Shown: positions 8,484 through 17,736 of the stretch, one piece after another
Numbering within the stretch: position 1 is the first letter of the stretch
Layout of the letters: every line of letters starts with the position of its first letter
From: an uncultured Gammaproteobacteria bacterium
GTDB lineage: Bacteria; Patescibacteriota; Patescibacteriia; Magasanikbacterales; GWA2-37-8
Assembly (NCBI GenBank): GCA_964641245.1
Contig: CAZXML010000006.1
Span: 1 to 60,354 of the forward strand
DNA: 60,354 nucleotides
Direction: 5' to 3'
Program-made: the position numbers and the translations under genes
The notes under the pieces: model-generated
Databases searched by the model: none
What the model was told of the DNA's origin: nothing
What the model saw: the letters and a program-made list of their open reading frames with translations, nothing else

Positions 8484-9551
8484 ATGTCTCTATCCGTCGG
8501 CATAGTTGGTTTGCCTAACGTAGGAAAATCAACTTTATTTAACGCGCTAACCCGCAGTAAACAGGCAGACGCGCAAAATTACCCATTTTGTACCATCGAC
8601 CCTAACGTTGGTGTGGTTGAGGTGCCGGATGCAAGACTGCAAAAGTTGTCCGATGTTTCCAAATCAAAAAAAATTATTCCGACAGTTATAGAATTTGTAG
8701 ATATTGCCGGATTGGTAAAAGGAGCATCAGAAGGTGAAGGCTTGGGAAATAAATTTTTATCACATATTCGTGAAGTTGATGCGATCGTTCAGGTTGTCCG
8801 TTCGTTTAGCGATAGCAATGTAGTCCATGTGATTAATAGGGTTAATCCGCAGGAAGATGCCGATATTATAAATTTGGAATTGGTTTTGGCGGATTTGCAG
8901 GTGGCCAAAAAGAAGTTGGATACCGTGAAGCGCAGCGCGAAGGGAGTGGCGGCAAAAGATTTTGAAAAACAAATTGAATTATTTACCAGAGTGGAAGCGC
9001 ATTTGCAGGCCGGCAAACCAGCCCGCGATTTGGAGTATAATGAGGATGAAATTTTATGGATGAAAGAACTTCAGTTACTAACCATGAAGCCAATGTTGTA
9101 TGTGGTTAATGTTGATGAAGGTGGTCACGCTACCCAAATTAACGGTACAACTCCGCAAATAGAAATATCGGCCAAACTGGAAGCGGAACTGGCCGACTTA
9201 AGTGAAGAGGAAGCAAAAAATTATTTGAAAGAGTTGGGTTTGGAAGAAACAGGTTTGGATAGATTAATCACTGCCAGCTATAAATTATTAAATTTGATAA
9301 CTTTTCTTACCTCGGGTGAACCGGAAACCCGCGCCTGGACAGTGCAATATGGCGCCAAAGCCCCGGAAGCGGCCGGCGTCATTCACACAGATTTTGTTAA
9401 AGGTTTTGTAAAAGCCGACGTGGTAAATTGGCAGGATTTTGTGTTGGCCGGAGGCTGGAGCAAAATAAAAGAAACAGGAAAGATGAGATTAGAAGGAAAA
9501 GACTATGTGGTACAAGATGGGGACGTTGTGTATTTTCACATAGCCACCTAG
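8484..9551 (+). CDS. ychF: Ribosome-binding ATPase YchF.
   Basis: GIVGLPNVGKSTLFNALT P-loop, PFCTIDPN, and the C-terminal TGS-like VRAWTV...DGDVVYF motif. Confidence 0.9.
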   Translation: MSLSVGIVGLPNVGKSTLFNALTRSKQADAQNYPFCTIDPNVGVVEVPDARLQKLSDVSKSKKIIPTVIEFVDIAGLVKGASEGEGLGNKFLSHIREVDAIVQVVRSFSDSNVVHVINRVNPQEDADIINLELVLADLQVAKKKLDTVKRSAKGVAAKDFEKQIELFTRVEAHLQAGKPARDLEYNEDEILWMKELQLLTMKPMLYVVNVDEGGHATQINGTTPQIEISAKLEAELADLSEEEAKNYLKELGLEETGLDRLITASYKLLNLITFLTSGEPETRAWTVQYGAKAPEAAGVIHTDFVKGFVKADVVNWQDFVLAGGWSKIKETGKMRLEGKDYVVQDGDVVYFHIAT

Positions 9552-9613
9552 TTGTCATGCTGAACTTGTTTCAGCATCTTACGGTAGATCCTGAAATAAA
9601 TTCAGGATGACAA
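9552..9613. repeat. TTGTCAT...ATGACAA nested palindromic element, two-hairpin subtype.
   Basis: ttgtc-ATGCTGAA-cttgt-TTCAGCAT-...-ATCCTGAA-ataaa-TTCAGGAT-gacaa. It lies between the convergent ychF and methyltransferase genes. Confidence 0.85.
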
Positions 9614-9620
9614 TTGGCGT

Positions 9621-10796
9621 TTACCTTTTTTCATACCGCCAGATTTCTCTGGCTACCCGCTGGTTGGGGCGGGCATAGACAAGGCGTAATTGACCTTCAA
9701 AAAATGGTAGGGCTTTAAACCCTATTTTTTCAATTTCATTTTTACAATCAACCTCAATCCAATCACCGGCATATTTAAATCGGGGAATTATAAAAACAAC
9801 TTTGCCTTTAGTTTTTAGTACCCGGTGAAATTGTTGGAATGCCTGCAGATAAAGCTCTTTTAATTCTTTTGCCTGAACAAGCAAATCCTGCTTTGACTCC
9901 TGACCACGCAATGGTTTGCCGAGATATGGCTCGGTAACAACGGCATCTACGGAGCCGGACGGTAATTTCCCGGAAAGTTCCGCTATTTCACTTTTGAATA
10001 TTTTTATCTCCGGCAATTCCCGGTTGAATTTATTTGCCACCCATTCAATATTTAATTTTGTATCCGCCACCGCCTTTTCAGAGATATCGCTACCGATTAA
10101 ATTTTTATAGTTTAAGAGCAGAGCTTCGCTAATGATTGTGCCGGAACCGCAAAAAGGATCCAGTAGAATAGAGTTTAGCTGGGTTTGGGACAGGTTAATT
10201 AATATCATCGCCAGCTTGGGCGGTAACATGCCGCTTAAATCGTCGCGCCCCGGACGGCCAAAATCGCGGGCGCTAAATTGTTCAAAAGGCTGAACCGCGT
10301 CTGTTTTGGCGATGGAAAATAAATTGTCTTTTTTTTCTATTAAAAACTCCCGCCCCCGCGTCGTTAATCCGTTCATTGCCACGGCAACAGACGATAAGGC
10401 CGGTTCTTTGTTTTCCACGTATCTTATGGAGAGACCTTCATTTTTTAGCTTTTTCTTTATTTCTAAGCCGAGATCTTTTATTTCTTTTAAGGTTATTTCG
10501 GTATTGTAAAAACTAAGGCCAAAATTTATTTTTCCTTCCACCTTTTTAAGTTCCAGAATTATTTTTTCCTTCATTTCATCCGTGCTAACATTATCGGCAA
10601 TTTCCTCCGCAATTTTTATAGTGCCGCCCAACCGGCCGATTAAATTTTTGGCATCAAATTTAACATCGGTTTTTAAAATTGGCAAAGAGTAGTCGTAATT
10701 TTTTACACTTAAAACCGCGTCTATTTCAGCCGCGGCGATTAAAGATTCTCTGCCCAGTACAAACCAATGTCTAGGGCCTGGTGCTTGTGTTGGCAT
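9621..10796 (-). CDS. SAM-dependent RNA/DNA methyltransferase (UPF0020 / Trm11 / RlmL-like).
   Basis: DPFCGSGTIISEALLL SAM-binding motif and a VVTEPYLG catalytic motif (D/N-P-P-Y-like). Confidence 0.6.
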   Translation of the reverse strand: MPTQAPGPRHWFVLGRESLIAAAEIDAVLSVKNYDYSLPILKTDVKFDAKNLIGRLGGTIKIAEEIADNVSTDEMKEKIILELKKVEGKINFGLSFYNTEITLKEIKDLGLEIKKKLKNEGLSIRYVENKEPALSSVAVAMNGLTTRGREFLIEKKDNLFSIAKTDAVQPFEQFSARDFGRPGRDDLSGMLPPKLAMILINLSQTQLNSILLDPFCGSGTIISEALLLNYKNLIGSDISEKAVADTKLNIEWVANKFNRELPEIKIFKSEIAELSGKLPSGSVDAVVTEPYLGKPLRGQESKQDLLVQAKELKELYLQAFQQFHRVLKTKGKVVFIIPRFKYAGDWIEVDCKNEIEKIGFKALPFFEGQLRLVYARPNQRVAREIWRYEKR

Positions 10797-11103
10797 AAAC
10801 TGATGTGGTTGCGCCGTAATAAAATATATTCCTGACGTTCGGAGGGAACTCTTCCAGCTGCTTTTTGCGGCTGATTATTGCCCGCGCTTTTTCATAAGCC
10901 GGTAAATCCAGGTCATAAATACTCATATTTGACCGCAGGGCCACTATAGCATTCGCATTGGCGATTGTACTATAGATATTCTCATAAATAAAGTAATATG
11001 TAAACATGGCGCCGGATATGAGTAATCCAAGGATAATAATATTGATCAGACGCCAAAGGCCGTATCTCCCCTTATAAGAGATGATCATTTTATTGGTTAA
11101 CAT
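10771..11103 (-). CDS. Small single-pass membrane protein, last gene of the pil operon; function unknown.
   Basis: ORF with one TM segment (LINIIILGLLISGAMFTYYFIY). It overlaps the upstream pilO-like gene by 14 nt, suggesting coupling. Confidence 0.4.
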   Translation of the reverse strand: MLTNKMIISYKGRYGLWRLINIIILGLLISGAMFTYYFIYENIYSTIANANAIVALRSNMSIYDLDLPAYEKARAIISRKKQLEEFPPNVRNIFYYGATTSVYANTSTRP

Positions 11104-11632
11104 ATAATTCTATAGTAAGACTAAGGTTGGTGGTTGGTGTTGCTTCTCCATTTTTGGTAAAGACCGGCGTGGTTCGCAGTGAGTTTATGTAAATAAAATA
11201 ATTGGATGTTTCTAGTTCGGCGATGTGCATCAGGATATTCTCATAACTGCCGGCTAGGTTCATGGAAATGCTGGCGGTTTTGCTCCCACCCAGCTTATCC
11301 AGGTTGGAATTTAAAATTGTCTGCGTAATATGATGTTTGGCTGCTAAATCCTCCAAATATGTAATTAATTTAAGCTCATCCCCCGGTTTAAACAGAAAAG
11401 AATTAAAATCGGCGGAGGAATTTTTTATTTCTTCTAATTTTTTTCTGGTAACCCGTAAACGCAAAGATTGTTCATATTTTTGCTCCATGAATAACCGCAG
11501 CTTATAACTTTCATCTGAAGTTTTTTTAATATATGTTAAGGTTGGCACGAACACGCCCAGAATAATTATAAGAGACAGCAGTGTTAATGCGCCCGTTAGA
11601 ATAATTGTTTTTTTTGTTAAATCGAGAGTCAT
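11090..11632 (-). CDS. pilO: PilO-like type IV pilus assembly protein.
   Basis: N-terminal TM, then a coiled-coil region, then an alpha/beta domain. It sits directly after pilM-pilN. The call rests on position and topology only. Confidence 0.45.
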   Translation of the reverse strand: MTLDLTKKTIILTGALTLLSLIIILGVFVPTLTYIKKTSDESYKLRLFMEQKYEQSLRLRVTRKKLEEIKNSSADFNSFLFKPGDELKLITYLEDLAAKHHITQTILNSNLDKLGGSKTASISMNLAGSYENILMHIAELETSNYFIYINSLRTTPVFTKNGEATPTTNLSLTIELYVNQ

Positions 11633-11640
11633 AATGGCAT

Positions 11641-12246
11641 TTAATTATCATCTACGACCGGTTTTTGGCTGGATTTAGGGGCTTCTTTTTTTAATGAAAG
11701 GCTGACTAATTTCGCCTTAAATTCAAAATTAACATTCTCTTTTTGAAATAGCTGTGAAGCCGGCGTTTCTACCTGGGTAATCCAGGAAATTCCGTTTAGC
11801 ACATCCTGATAATGGATTAAGGCGGATCTGGTAAGGGCAGTTCCGGAAATTGACAATGTTTGCGCGTGGCGGTCTACCTGTACGGAACTAAGTTTTATAT
11901 CATTCGGCAAAGTGGCAATTAGTTCTTTTATTTTTGGCGTAACGGGCGCAAAGTTTTGGTTCGCTAAATTTATGTTGCGCACTAAATTATTAATAACCTT
12001 AACATCCTGATTGTAAGTATAATACTCGCGGTTAATTGCCGCCGCGCTGGCCGCCAAATTGGCAAAATCGTTTTCCAAAAAAAGCCAGCTCCAAATAAGG
12101 GTGGCCGCTAACACGGAGCCGATAATAATAACCAACTCCAAAATATCTTTTATCAGTAAAAAATTGATTATGTAGTCCAGGCGGCTCTTTTTTGCCGCCG
12201 GCAATAGATTGAAATTGATGTCCATCATACTTTTGTTTGTCATCAT
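11641..12246 (-). CDS. pilN: PilN-like fimbrial assembly protein.
   Basis: INFNLLPAAKK motif followed by a TM segment (PilN signature INLLP). The start is moved to the ATG pair at 12246/12243, because the 12261 start lies inside a repeat element. Confidence 0.6.
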   Translation of the reverse strand: MMTNKSMMDINFNLLPAAKKSRLDYIINFLLIKDILELVIIIGSVLAATLIWSWLFLENDFANLAASAAAINREYYTYNQDVKVINNLVRNINLANQNFAPVTPKIKELIATLPNDIKLSSVQVDRHAQTLSISGTALTRSALIHYQDVLNGISWITQVETPASQLFQKENVNFEFKAKLVSLSLKKEAPKSSQKPVVDDN

Positions 12247-12340
12247 GTTCACTGCGTTCAATGCAGGCTCTGAATGTAATGAAGGATCTCTGTCTCAATC
12301 GCTGAACGGACAGAGATTCTTCGCTTCACTCAGAATGACA
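12237..12340. repeat. TTGTCAT...ATGACA nested palindromic element, GATCTCTGTC/GACAGAGAT subtype, with a degenerate left arm.
   Basis: ctgaatgtaatgaaggatctctgtc ... gacagagattcttcgcttcactcagaatgaca. It lies between the pilM stop and the pilN start. Confidence 0.75.
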
Positions 12341-12353
12341 GTTTATATATTAT

Positions 12354-13460
12354 TTATTTTTCGTGGTTTTTGTTTTGTAACGGATTTTGAACGGCGCGGA
12401 GCGCTAAGCCGATCACACAGGCCAGCGGCAGGCTTTTATTTTTATCATATTCGTATAGTTTTTTATTCAGCAGGTTTTTCCACGGATGGCCGGCGTGAGC
12501 GGTAATTTTCAATTGCCTGGAAATAAAATTATCTATATTTTCCCAATTGGCCATGCCGCCGCAGATGGTAATGCGGCTGACAGTGTTGGTATTATTAAAA
12601 TGCTCTTTATAAAATAGCAGCGCGGTTTTAAGTTCGGCTATTAAACTTTCGGGAATGCCGGACACGGATGTGAGGTATTTGGGGTTATGAGCATCGTATT
12701 TAAGACCGTTTTTAATTTTTAATTCTTCAGCCGCGCCATGTTCAATTTTTAATCCTTGCGCAATAGCCGCAGTCACCAGTTCTCCTGAAAATCCTAATGT
12801 GGTGGTGAACTGAATGCTGTTGTTATCAAAGATAATTAAGGTAGAGCGGGTACCGCCTAAATCCAAAATTGCGCGCGCTTGCCCGGCGTAATCCTTATCC
12901 GCGGTAATCATAGACCGAGAAATAGCGGATGATTCCGTTTCTAAAACTATGGGGTTTAGGCCTACGCTTTCTATCAAATAAGTATAAGCATCGGTAACAA
13001 CCTTGGGAACGGCGGCAATTAAAACTTGTCTTTTTTTGGAAGTGGCAGTTGGCGTTACAACTTGCCAATCTAAATATGTGTCTTCCAACTCAAAAGGCAG
13101 ATGTTTTTTTGCCTGGTAGGTGATGTCTACCGATGTCAGTACGTTATCACTGCTTTCCACATCTATTAACTTTAAAAAAGTCTTTGGTTCCGGCAGGTTG
13201 GCAACAACCCAGGAAGAACGGATTGGTTTAAAACCGCCTCCATCTTTGCCTAATAAAACCAATAATTTCTTACGCACCAGTTCCGGCTGTTGAATATCCC
13301 CGTTAACAATAAGACCGGGTGGCAGAGAGGTTGAACGCAGTTCTTTAATATTATAATAGGGCCTTTCAAAGAAAGCGGAAGGCGAGAGTTGAACCAATTT
13401 TATGGATAAATCCCCGATATCCAAGCCGAACGCTCCGGCAAATGGGTTTCGTAGTAACAT
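12354..13460 (-). CDS. pilM: Type IV pilus assembly protein PilM (actin-like ATPase fold).
   Basis: FGLDIGDLSIKLVQL N-terminal phosphate-1-like motif, ILDLGGTRSTLII, and a position upstream of pilN. Confidence 0.75.
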   Translation of the reverse strand: MLLRNPFAGAFGLDIGDLSIKLVQLSPSAFFERPYYNIKELRSTSLPPGLIVNGDIQQPELVRKKLLVLLGKDGGGFKPIRSSWVVANLPEPKTFLKLIDVESSDNVLTSVDITYQAKKHLPFELEDTYLDWQVVTPTATSKKRQVLIAAVPKVVTDAYTYLIESVGLNPIVLETESSAISRSMITADKDYAGQARAILDLGGTRSTLIIFDNNSIQFTTTLGFSGELVTAAIAQGLKIEHGAAEELKIKNGLKYDAHNPKYLTSVSGIPESLIAELKTALLFYKEHFNNTNTVSRITICGGMANWENIDNFISRQLKITAHAGHPWKNLLNKKLYEYDKNKSLPLACVIGLALRAVQNPLQNKNHEK

Positions 13461-13462
13461 AA

Positions 13463-14569
13463 TTAGATAGTTTGTGACAAGGAATACATAGGCATGATGA
13501 CCGCGACAGCAATGCCGGCTACGGCCAAACCAAGCACCAGAATAATTATCGGTTCAATAATGGTGGTGAAATTTCTCATGGTAGTATCTACCTCGTTTCC
13601 ATAAAATTCCGCCAGCTCGCGCAACATGTCTTCGGTTTTCCCAGATCTTTCTCCCACCATTATCATTTCCGTAACCATGGGCGGAAAAATTTTGGGAAAC
13701 TGGCGCAAGATATCCGAAAGAGTTTCGCCTTTTTTTAATGATTCGGAAACTATTAATAAACTTTCTTTATAAATTACATTGCCCAACACCTCGGATGAAA
13801 TTCTGGTAGCGTCGATAATAGGAATGGTGCTTTCTAAAAGAGAAGAAAGCGTGAGGGTGAACCGCGCCAAGTTAATTTTTTTAATAATGCCGCCGATAAT
13901 CGGCAGGGCCAGGTTGGTGGCATGAACAACTCGTTTAACATCCGGTTTTTTTATAAGCCAAAATGCGGTTACTATAAATATGATTATAAAACCAAGCATC
14001 CATAAGCCGTATTTAGTGGTGGAGTCTGTTATAAAAATTAATATTCTGGTGGGTAAAGGCAGTTCTGCGCCAAAATCCTTAAACATAATAAGAAGTTTTG
14101 GCAAAATAAATACCACCACTTCTATGCTGATACCGATCATGGCGGTAACGATGACCGCCGGATACATCATGGCGCCTTTAATGCGCGAAGAAAGTTCGTG
14201 ATTTTTTTTCATTTGCACCGAAACCTGGTCCAGCGCTGTTTCCATTTTTCCGGCAGTTTCGCCGGCGCCAATCATGCTAACATAAATGGAAGGGAAAATT
14301 TTAGGATATTTAGCCAGCACCTCGCTTAACTGCAAGCCTTCTTCTACTCCAATGGTAATTTGGCCGATGACTGTTCTTAATTTTTTGTTTTCAATTTCCG
14401 CGCTTAAAATCCGTAAAGCATCTATTAAAGAAAGCCCGGCCTTTACCATGGTTTTTAAATGGCTGACAAAAAGAATTTTTTGCATGATTGGCACCCGGAC
14501 CAAATGATCCGATATCCAGGCGTTTATTTTTTGTTCAAAAGCGGAAGGTATGCGCGGTTGTTTAGGCAT
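13463..14569 (-). CDS. pilC: Type IV pilus platform protein PilC (GspF family).
   Basis: Two GspF repeats (KAGLSLIDALRIL..., SLLESTIPIIDATRI...) with three TM segments. The start is set at MPKQPRIP (14569), because the upstream codons lie in a hairpin repeat. Confidence 0.85.
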   Translation of the reverse strand: MPKQPRIPSAFEQKINAWISDHLVRVPIMQKILFVSHLKTMVKAGLSLIDALRILSAEIENKKLRTVIGQITIGVEEGLQLSEVLAKYPKIFPSIYVSMIGAGETAGKMETALDQVSVQMKKNHELSSRIKGAMMYPAVIVTAMIGISIEVVVFILPKLLIMFKDFGAELPLPTRILIFITDSTTKYGLWMLGFIIIFIVTAFWLIKKPDVKRVVHATNLALPIIGGIIKKINLARFTLTLSSLLESTIPIIDATRISSEVLGNVIYKESLLIVSESLKKGETLSDILRQFPKIFPPMVTEMIMVGERSGKTEDMLRELAEFYGNEVDTTMRNFTTIIEPIIILVLGLAVAGIAVAVIMPMYSLSQTI

Positions 14570-14586
14570 ATATTTAATTTGGATAA

Positions 14587-14640
14587 CACGAATGCGCTTG
14601 AGCGCCACGAATGATGCAAATATTATTCGTATTATTCGTG
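14587..14640. repeat. Word-stutter hairpin in the pilB-pilC spacer.
   Basis: cacgaatg occurs twice on the left and tattattcgt / attattcgtg on the right. It is followed by the ggcc-atca-ggcc mini-hairpin. Confidence 0.5.
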
Positions 14641-14673
14641 GGCCATCAGGCCATTTGTATCATCCTATTTTAT

Positions 14674-16407
14674 TTACTCTTTCGTGACCCGTAAAACTTC
14701 GGCAATAGTGGTAATTCCGGTTTTGGCTTTTACCAGACCATCTTCTAACATGGTAATCATATTATGAAGGCGGGCGTAGTTTTTTATATCATCGGCCGTG
14801 GCATGCGCGTTAATCATTCTGGTTAATTCTTCGTCAATTTCCAGAATTTCGTAGATGCCGATACGGCCTTTGTAGCCGGTTTGTCCGCAACGGTTGCAAC
14901 CTTCGCCTTTATAAAAAGTAATTTTTTCAACTTCACCGCCCTCGTCTTTGTAATCTTTGGGGATGTTGTTTTTAAAAAGGGCGGATATTTTTTTAACATC
15001 AAAGACTTTTCCCAGTTCGTCTGCAGATCCTTTGTCTAAATTGAAAGCCTTTTTGCAAAAAGTACAGATTTTGCGGACTAAACGCTGGGCCATAACGATA
15101 TTGGTGGTATAGGCCACTAAAAATGGCGGAACTCCCATATCTATTAAGCGGGGCACGGTGGTGGGCGCATCATTTGTGTGCAAGGTAGAGAGTACCAAGT
15201 GGCCGGTCATGGCCGCATGAATGGCAATTTCGGCTGTTTCCTGGTCGCGGATTTCTCCCACCATGATAATGTTTGGGTCTTGGCGTAAGAAAGCGCGTAA
15301 ACCGGTGGCAAAGGTAAAGCCAACTTTTGTGTTAATCTGGCTTTGATTTACGCCCTGGATACGGTATTCAATCGGGTCTTCAATAGTGGAAATATTAACA
15401 TCTGGTTGGTTCAAAATTCCCAAAATAGAGTATAATGTTGTGGTTTTACCACTGCCGGTTGGGCCGGTAACGAGTATCATGCCGTTGGGTTTTTTAATGG
15501 CTTCTTCCACCAGTTTTCTGGGGCCATCCAAAAATCCAAGCTGGTCTAAGGTCAGCGGTTTTGCGCCCTCATGTAATAAGCGCATTACGATTTTTTCACC
15601 ATCATAAACGGGAATAATAGAAACACGAAAAGCCATTTTTTCGTCTTGAATTTGAATCTTGAAACGGCCATCCTGCGGGGCCATGTGTTCGTCTATTTTT
15701 AGGTTGGAAAGGATTTTTACCCTGGCAATTAGGCCACTTTGTACGTTTTTTGGCAATGTCATGACCGCTTTTAAGATACCGTCTATACGATAGCGAACCA
15801 CCAGTTCCTTTTCGTTCGGTTCTACGTGAATATCGGAGGCGCCCTCGTAGACTGCATGCTCTAAAATACTGTTGACTATGTTTATGGTTGGTATTTCTTC
15901 GGCTGCCTTTTTTAAATCGCCGCCAACTACCTCTCCACCCTTGCTAGTGTCCTGAACAACACGCAAATCGTCCTCCAGTTCGGCGTGGTAGCGGTGTAAG
16001 GCTTCTTTGAGGTCGCCCGGGGAGGTAATATAAACTTTTGGTTCCAAACCGGTTTTACGGTGTAAAAATTCTATAGTTTGGATATCGGTTGGGTCAGCCA
16101 TGGCTAACATTAGTTCATTCTTTTCTTTATCAAAAGCCACTACCTGGTGCGCTCCCGCTACCGGCCCGGGTATTAAGTTTAAGACTTCCTTTTTAATTTC
16201 CTTTCCCTTTAAGGTAATATAAGGCACCTGCAGGTAATCAGCCGCTTTTTCGTACAATTCGGTTTCATTGACAACCCCATCGCTTATCAGCATTTCTTCA
16301 AACGGCTTGTTCATTTTATCAGCCTTCGCCTGCGTTACCTTCCAGATAGCGGCATCGCCAAGATTGTACTTTTTGAGGATAATTTTGAGGGTTTTTGGTA
16401 AAAGCAT
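14674..16407 (-). CDS. pilB: Type IV pilus assembly ATPase PilB (GspE family).
   Basis: N-terminal GspE_N-like domain, Walker A VTGPTGSGKTT, Asp/His boxes, and the tetracysteine motif CTFC...CNRC. Confidence 0.9.
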   Translation of the reverse strand: MLLPKTLKIILKKYNLGDAAIWKVTQAKADKMNKPFEEMLISDGVVNETELYEKAADYLQVPYITLKGKEIKKEVLNLIPGPVAGAHQVVAFDKEKNELMLAMADPTDIQTIEFLHRKTGLEPKVYITSPGDLKEALHRYHAELEDDLRVVQDTSKGGEVVGGDLKKAAEEIPTINIVNSILEHAVYEGASDIHVEPNEKELVVRYRIDGILKAVMTLPKNVQSGLIARVKILSNLKIDEHMAPQDGRFKIQIQDEKMAFRVSIIPVYDGEKIVMRLLHEGAKPLTLDQLGFLDGPRKLVEEAIKKPNGMILVTGPTGSGKTTTLYSILGILNQPDVNISTIEDPIEYRIQGVNQSQINTKVGFTFATGLRAFLRQDPNIIMVGEIRDQETAEIAIHAAMTGHLVLSTLHTNDAPTTVPRLIDMGVPPFLVAYTTNIVMAQRLVRKICTFCKKAFNLDKGSADELGKVFDVKKISALFKNNIPKDYKDEGGEVEKITFYKGEGCNRCGQTGYKGRIGIYEILEIDEELTRMINAHATADDIKNYARLHNMITMLEDGLVKAKTGITTIAEVLRVTKE

Positions 16408-16520
16408 AAAAAAAGACCAAGATTGATATTTAATCTGAAGTTTCCATTAATAATTATACCATATTATATGCAAAGCTTGAAATATTGATAAGGAGAGAGT
16501 AAAATTAAGGAGTAAAAAAT

Positions 16521-17018
16521 GTGGAGAGATTAATTAGAAGTAAAAATATGAGTGGTAAGATTGTCTGTGCCGGAGTTAATAAAACTGATATTGGTGCTGT
16601 TATTAAGCTAAGTCTTTTGTTAAATGAGGGCGATAATACTAAAACACCCGAGAGCATTAAAGAAGCGGCAAGTGAAGCATTAAAAAATGATTTAGTGTGG
16701 GTGGCAAAAAATGGAAATGAGGTTGTCGGCTATATATTATGCGAATTATTTGATGGGAAACAGCCGAATTTTCCCAATTCAATTTTTATTTCCGAGCTTT
16801 ATGTTGCAGATGAATTTCGAAAGCAAGGAGTTGGGCGACAACTGGTCGAATTAGTTTTGTCAGACAAATTTTCAGAAAAATATACATATTTATCCATTAC
16901 ACACGACCCAGAATCTAGGTTTTTAACCGATTTTTATAAATCACTTGGGTTTGAAGAAGTGGGTGTTACAGATGTTGGGAATGTAAAATTAATACGAAAA
17001 GTAGTAACCATGTTATAG
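16521..17018 (+). CDS. GNAT family N-acetyltransferase.
   Basis: ISELYVADEFRKQGVGRQLVE matches the acetyl-CoA binding motif (Q/R-x-x-G-x-G/A). The start is uncertain (GTG at 16521 or ATG at 16548). Confidence 0.7.
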   Translation: MERLIRSKNMSGKIVCAGVNKTDIGAVIKLSLLLNEGDNTKTPESIKEAASEALKNDLVWVAKNGNEVVGYILCELFDGKQPNFPNSIFISELYVADEFRKQGVGRQLVELVLSDKFSEKYTYLSITHDPESRFLTDFYKSLGFEEVGVTDVGNVKLIRKVVTML

Positions 17019-17043
17019 AAATTAAAATTTACAAAATAGATGT

Positions 17044-17532
17044 ATGGAAATTGCCGAGGAAAAATTTCAAAAAGTTAAAAACGAAGCTAAAGTATATTAT
17101 GATGTATTAGCGCCGGTGCATTGCCCATATCTTAAAAAAGATGTGCAGTTTAATAAATATGGTTTTGAACATATTTTATCTAAATCATGGAATTGTGGCC
17201 GTTCTAGACTGGAGCAGTATATTAGGTTGCGGCTTTTGCCTAAAATAGTAGAAATAATCAAATTTTCACACACATTACAAGAGTATGATGAACGGCCGAT
17301 GATGATAAGGCAGAAGATAAATTCACGCTGGGAAAAAAGACCAAAAATAGTGCGGTACTATGTATTTATCGCCGTTATTGTTTCCATAGGCGTTCGTTTT
17401 AAGGTCGTGGTAAAGGAAGTAGAAGGTGGGTTGCCATTTTTTTGGAGTATATATCCATCTTGGAGAAAAGAGAATAATGGTAATGGTGGGATGAAAAAAA
17501 TTTTTTATTCTGGAAATTTGGAACAAGATTAA
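17044..17532 (+). CDS. Hypothetical protein.
   Basis: A 162-aa ORF with no motif I can name. It is basic and has the FEHILSK...RLEQYIRLRLLP segment. Confidence 0.4.
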   Translation: MEIAEEKFQKVKNEAKVYYDVLAPVHCPYLKKDVQFNKYGFEHILSKSWNCGRSRLEQYIRLRLLPKIVEIIKFSHTLQEYDERPMMIRQKINSRWEKRPKIVRYYVFIAVIVSIGVRFKVVVKEVEGGLPFFWSIYPSWRKENNGNGGMKKIFYSGNLEQD

Positions 17533-17657
17533 AAAAACCGCCATACCAGATGGTTGACGGTCTTTACTATATAAACATTTGTCTGCGGTTTATGTGTTGA
17601 CCGCTGGAGAGCCAAAGCCCTCACAAATGCTTACAAACAAATTATACCACAGAATTC

Positions 17658-17678
17658 AGGGTTTTGTCAACCCTTTTT
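17658..17678 (+). terminator. Rho-independent terminator-like hairpin in a 320-nt non-coding gap.
   Basis: cAGGGTT-ttgtc-AACCCT followed by TTTT. Confidence 0.4.
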
Positions 17679-17736
17679 CCATAAACCTCAATTCTCTGTG
17701 GATAATTCGTAAAATATGCCCTCACGGCCACGCTTA

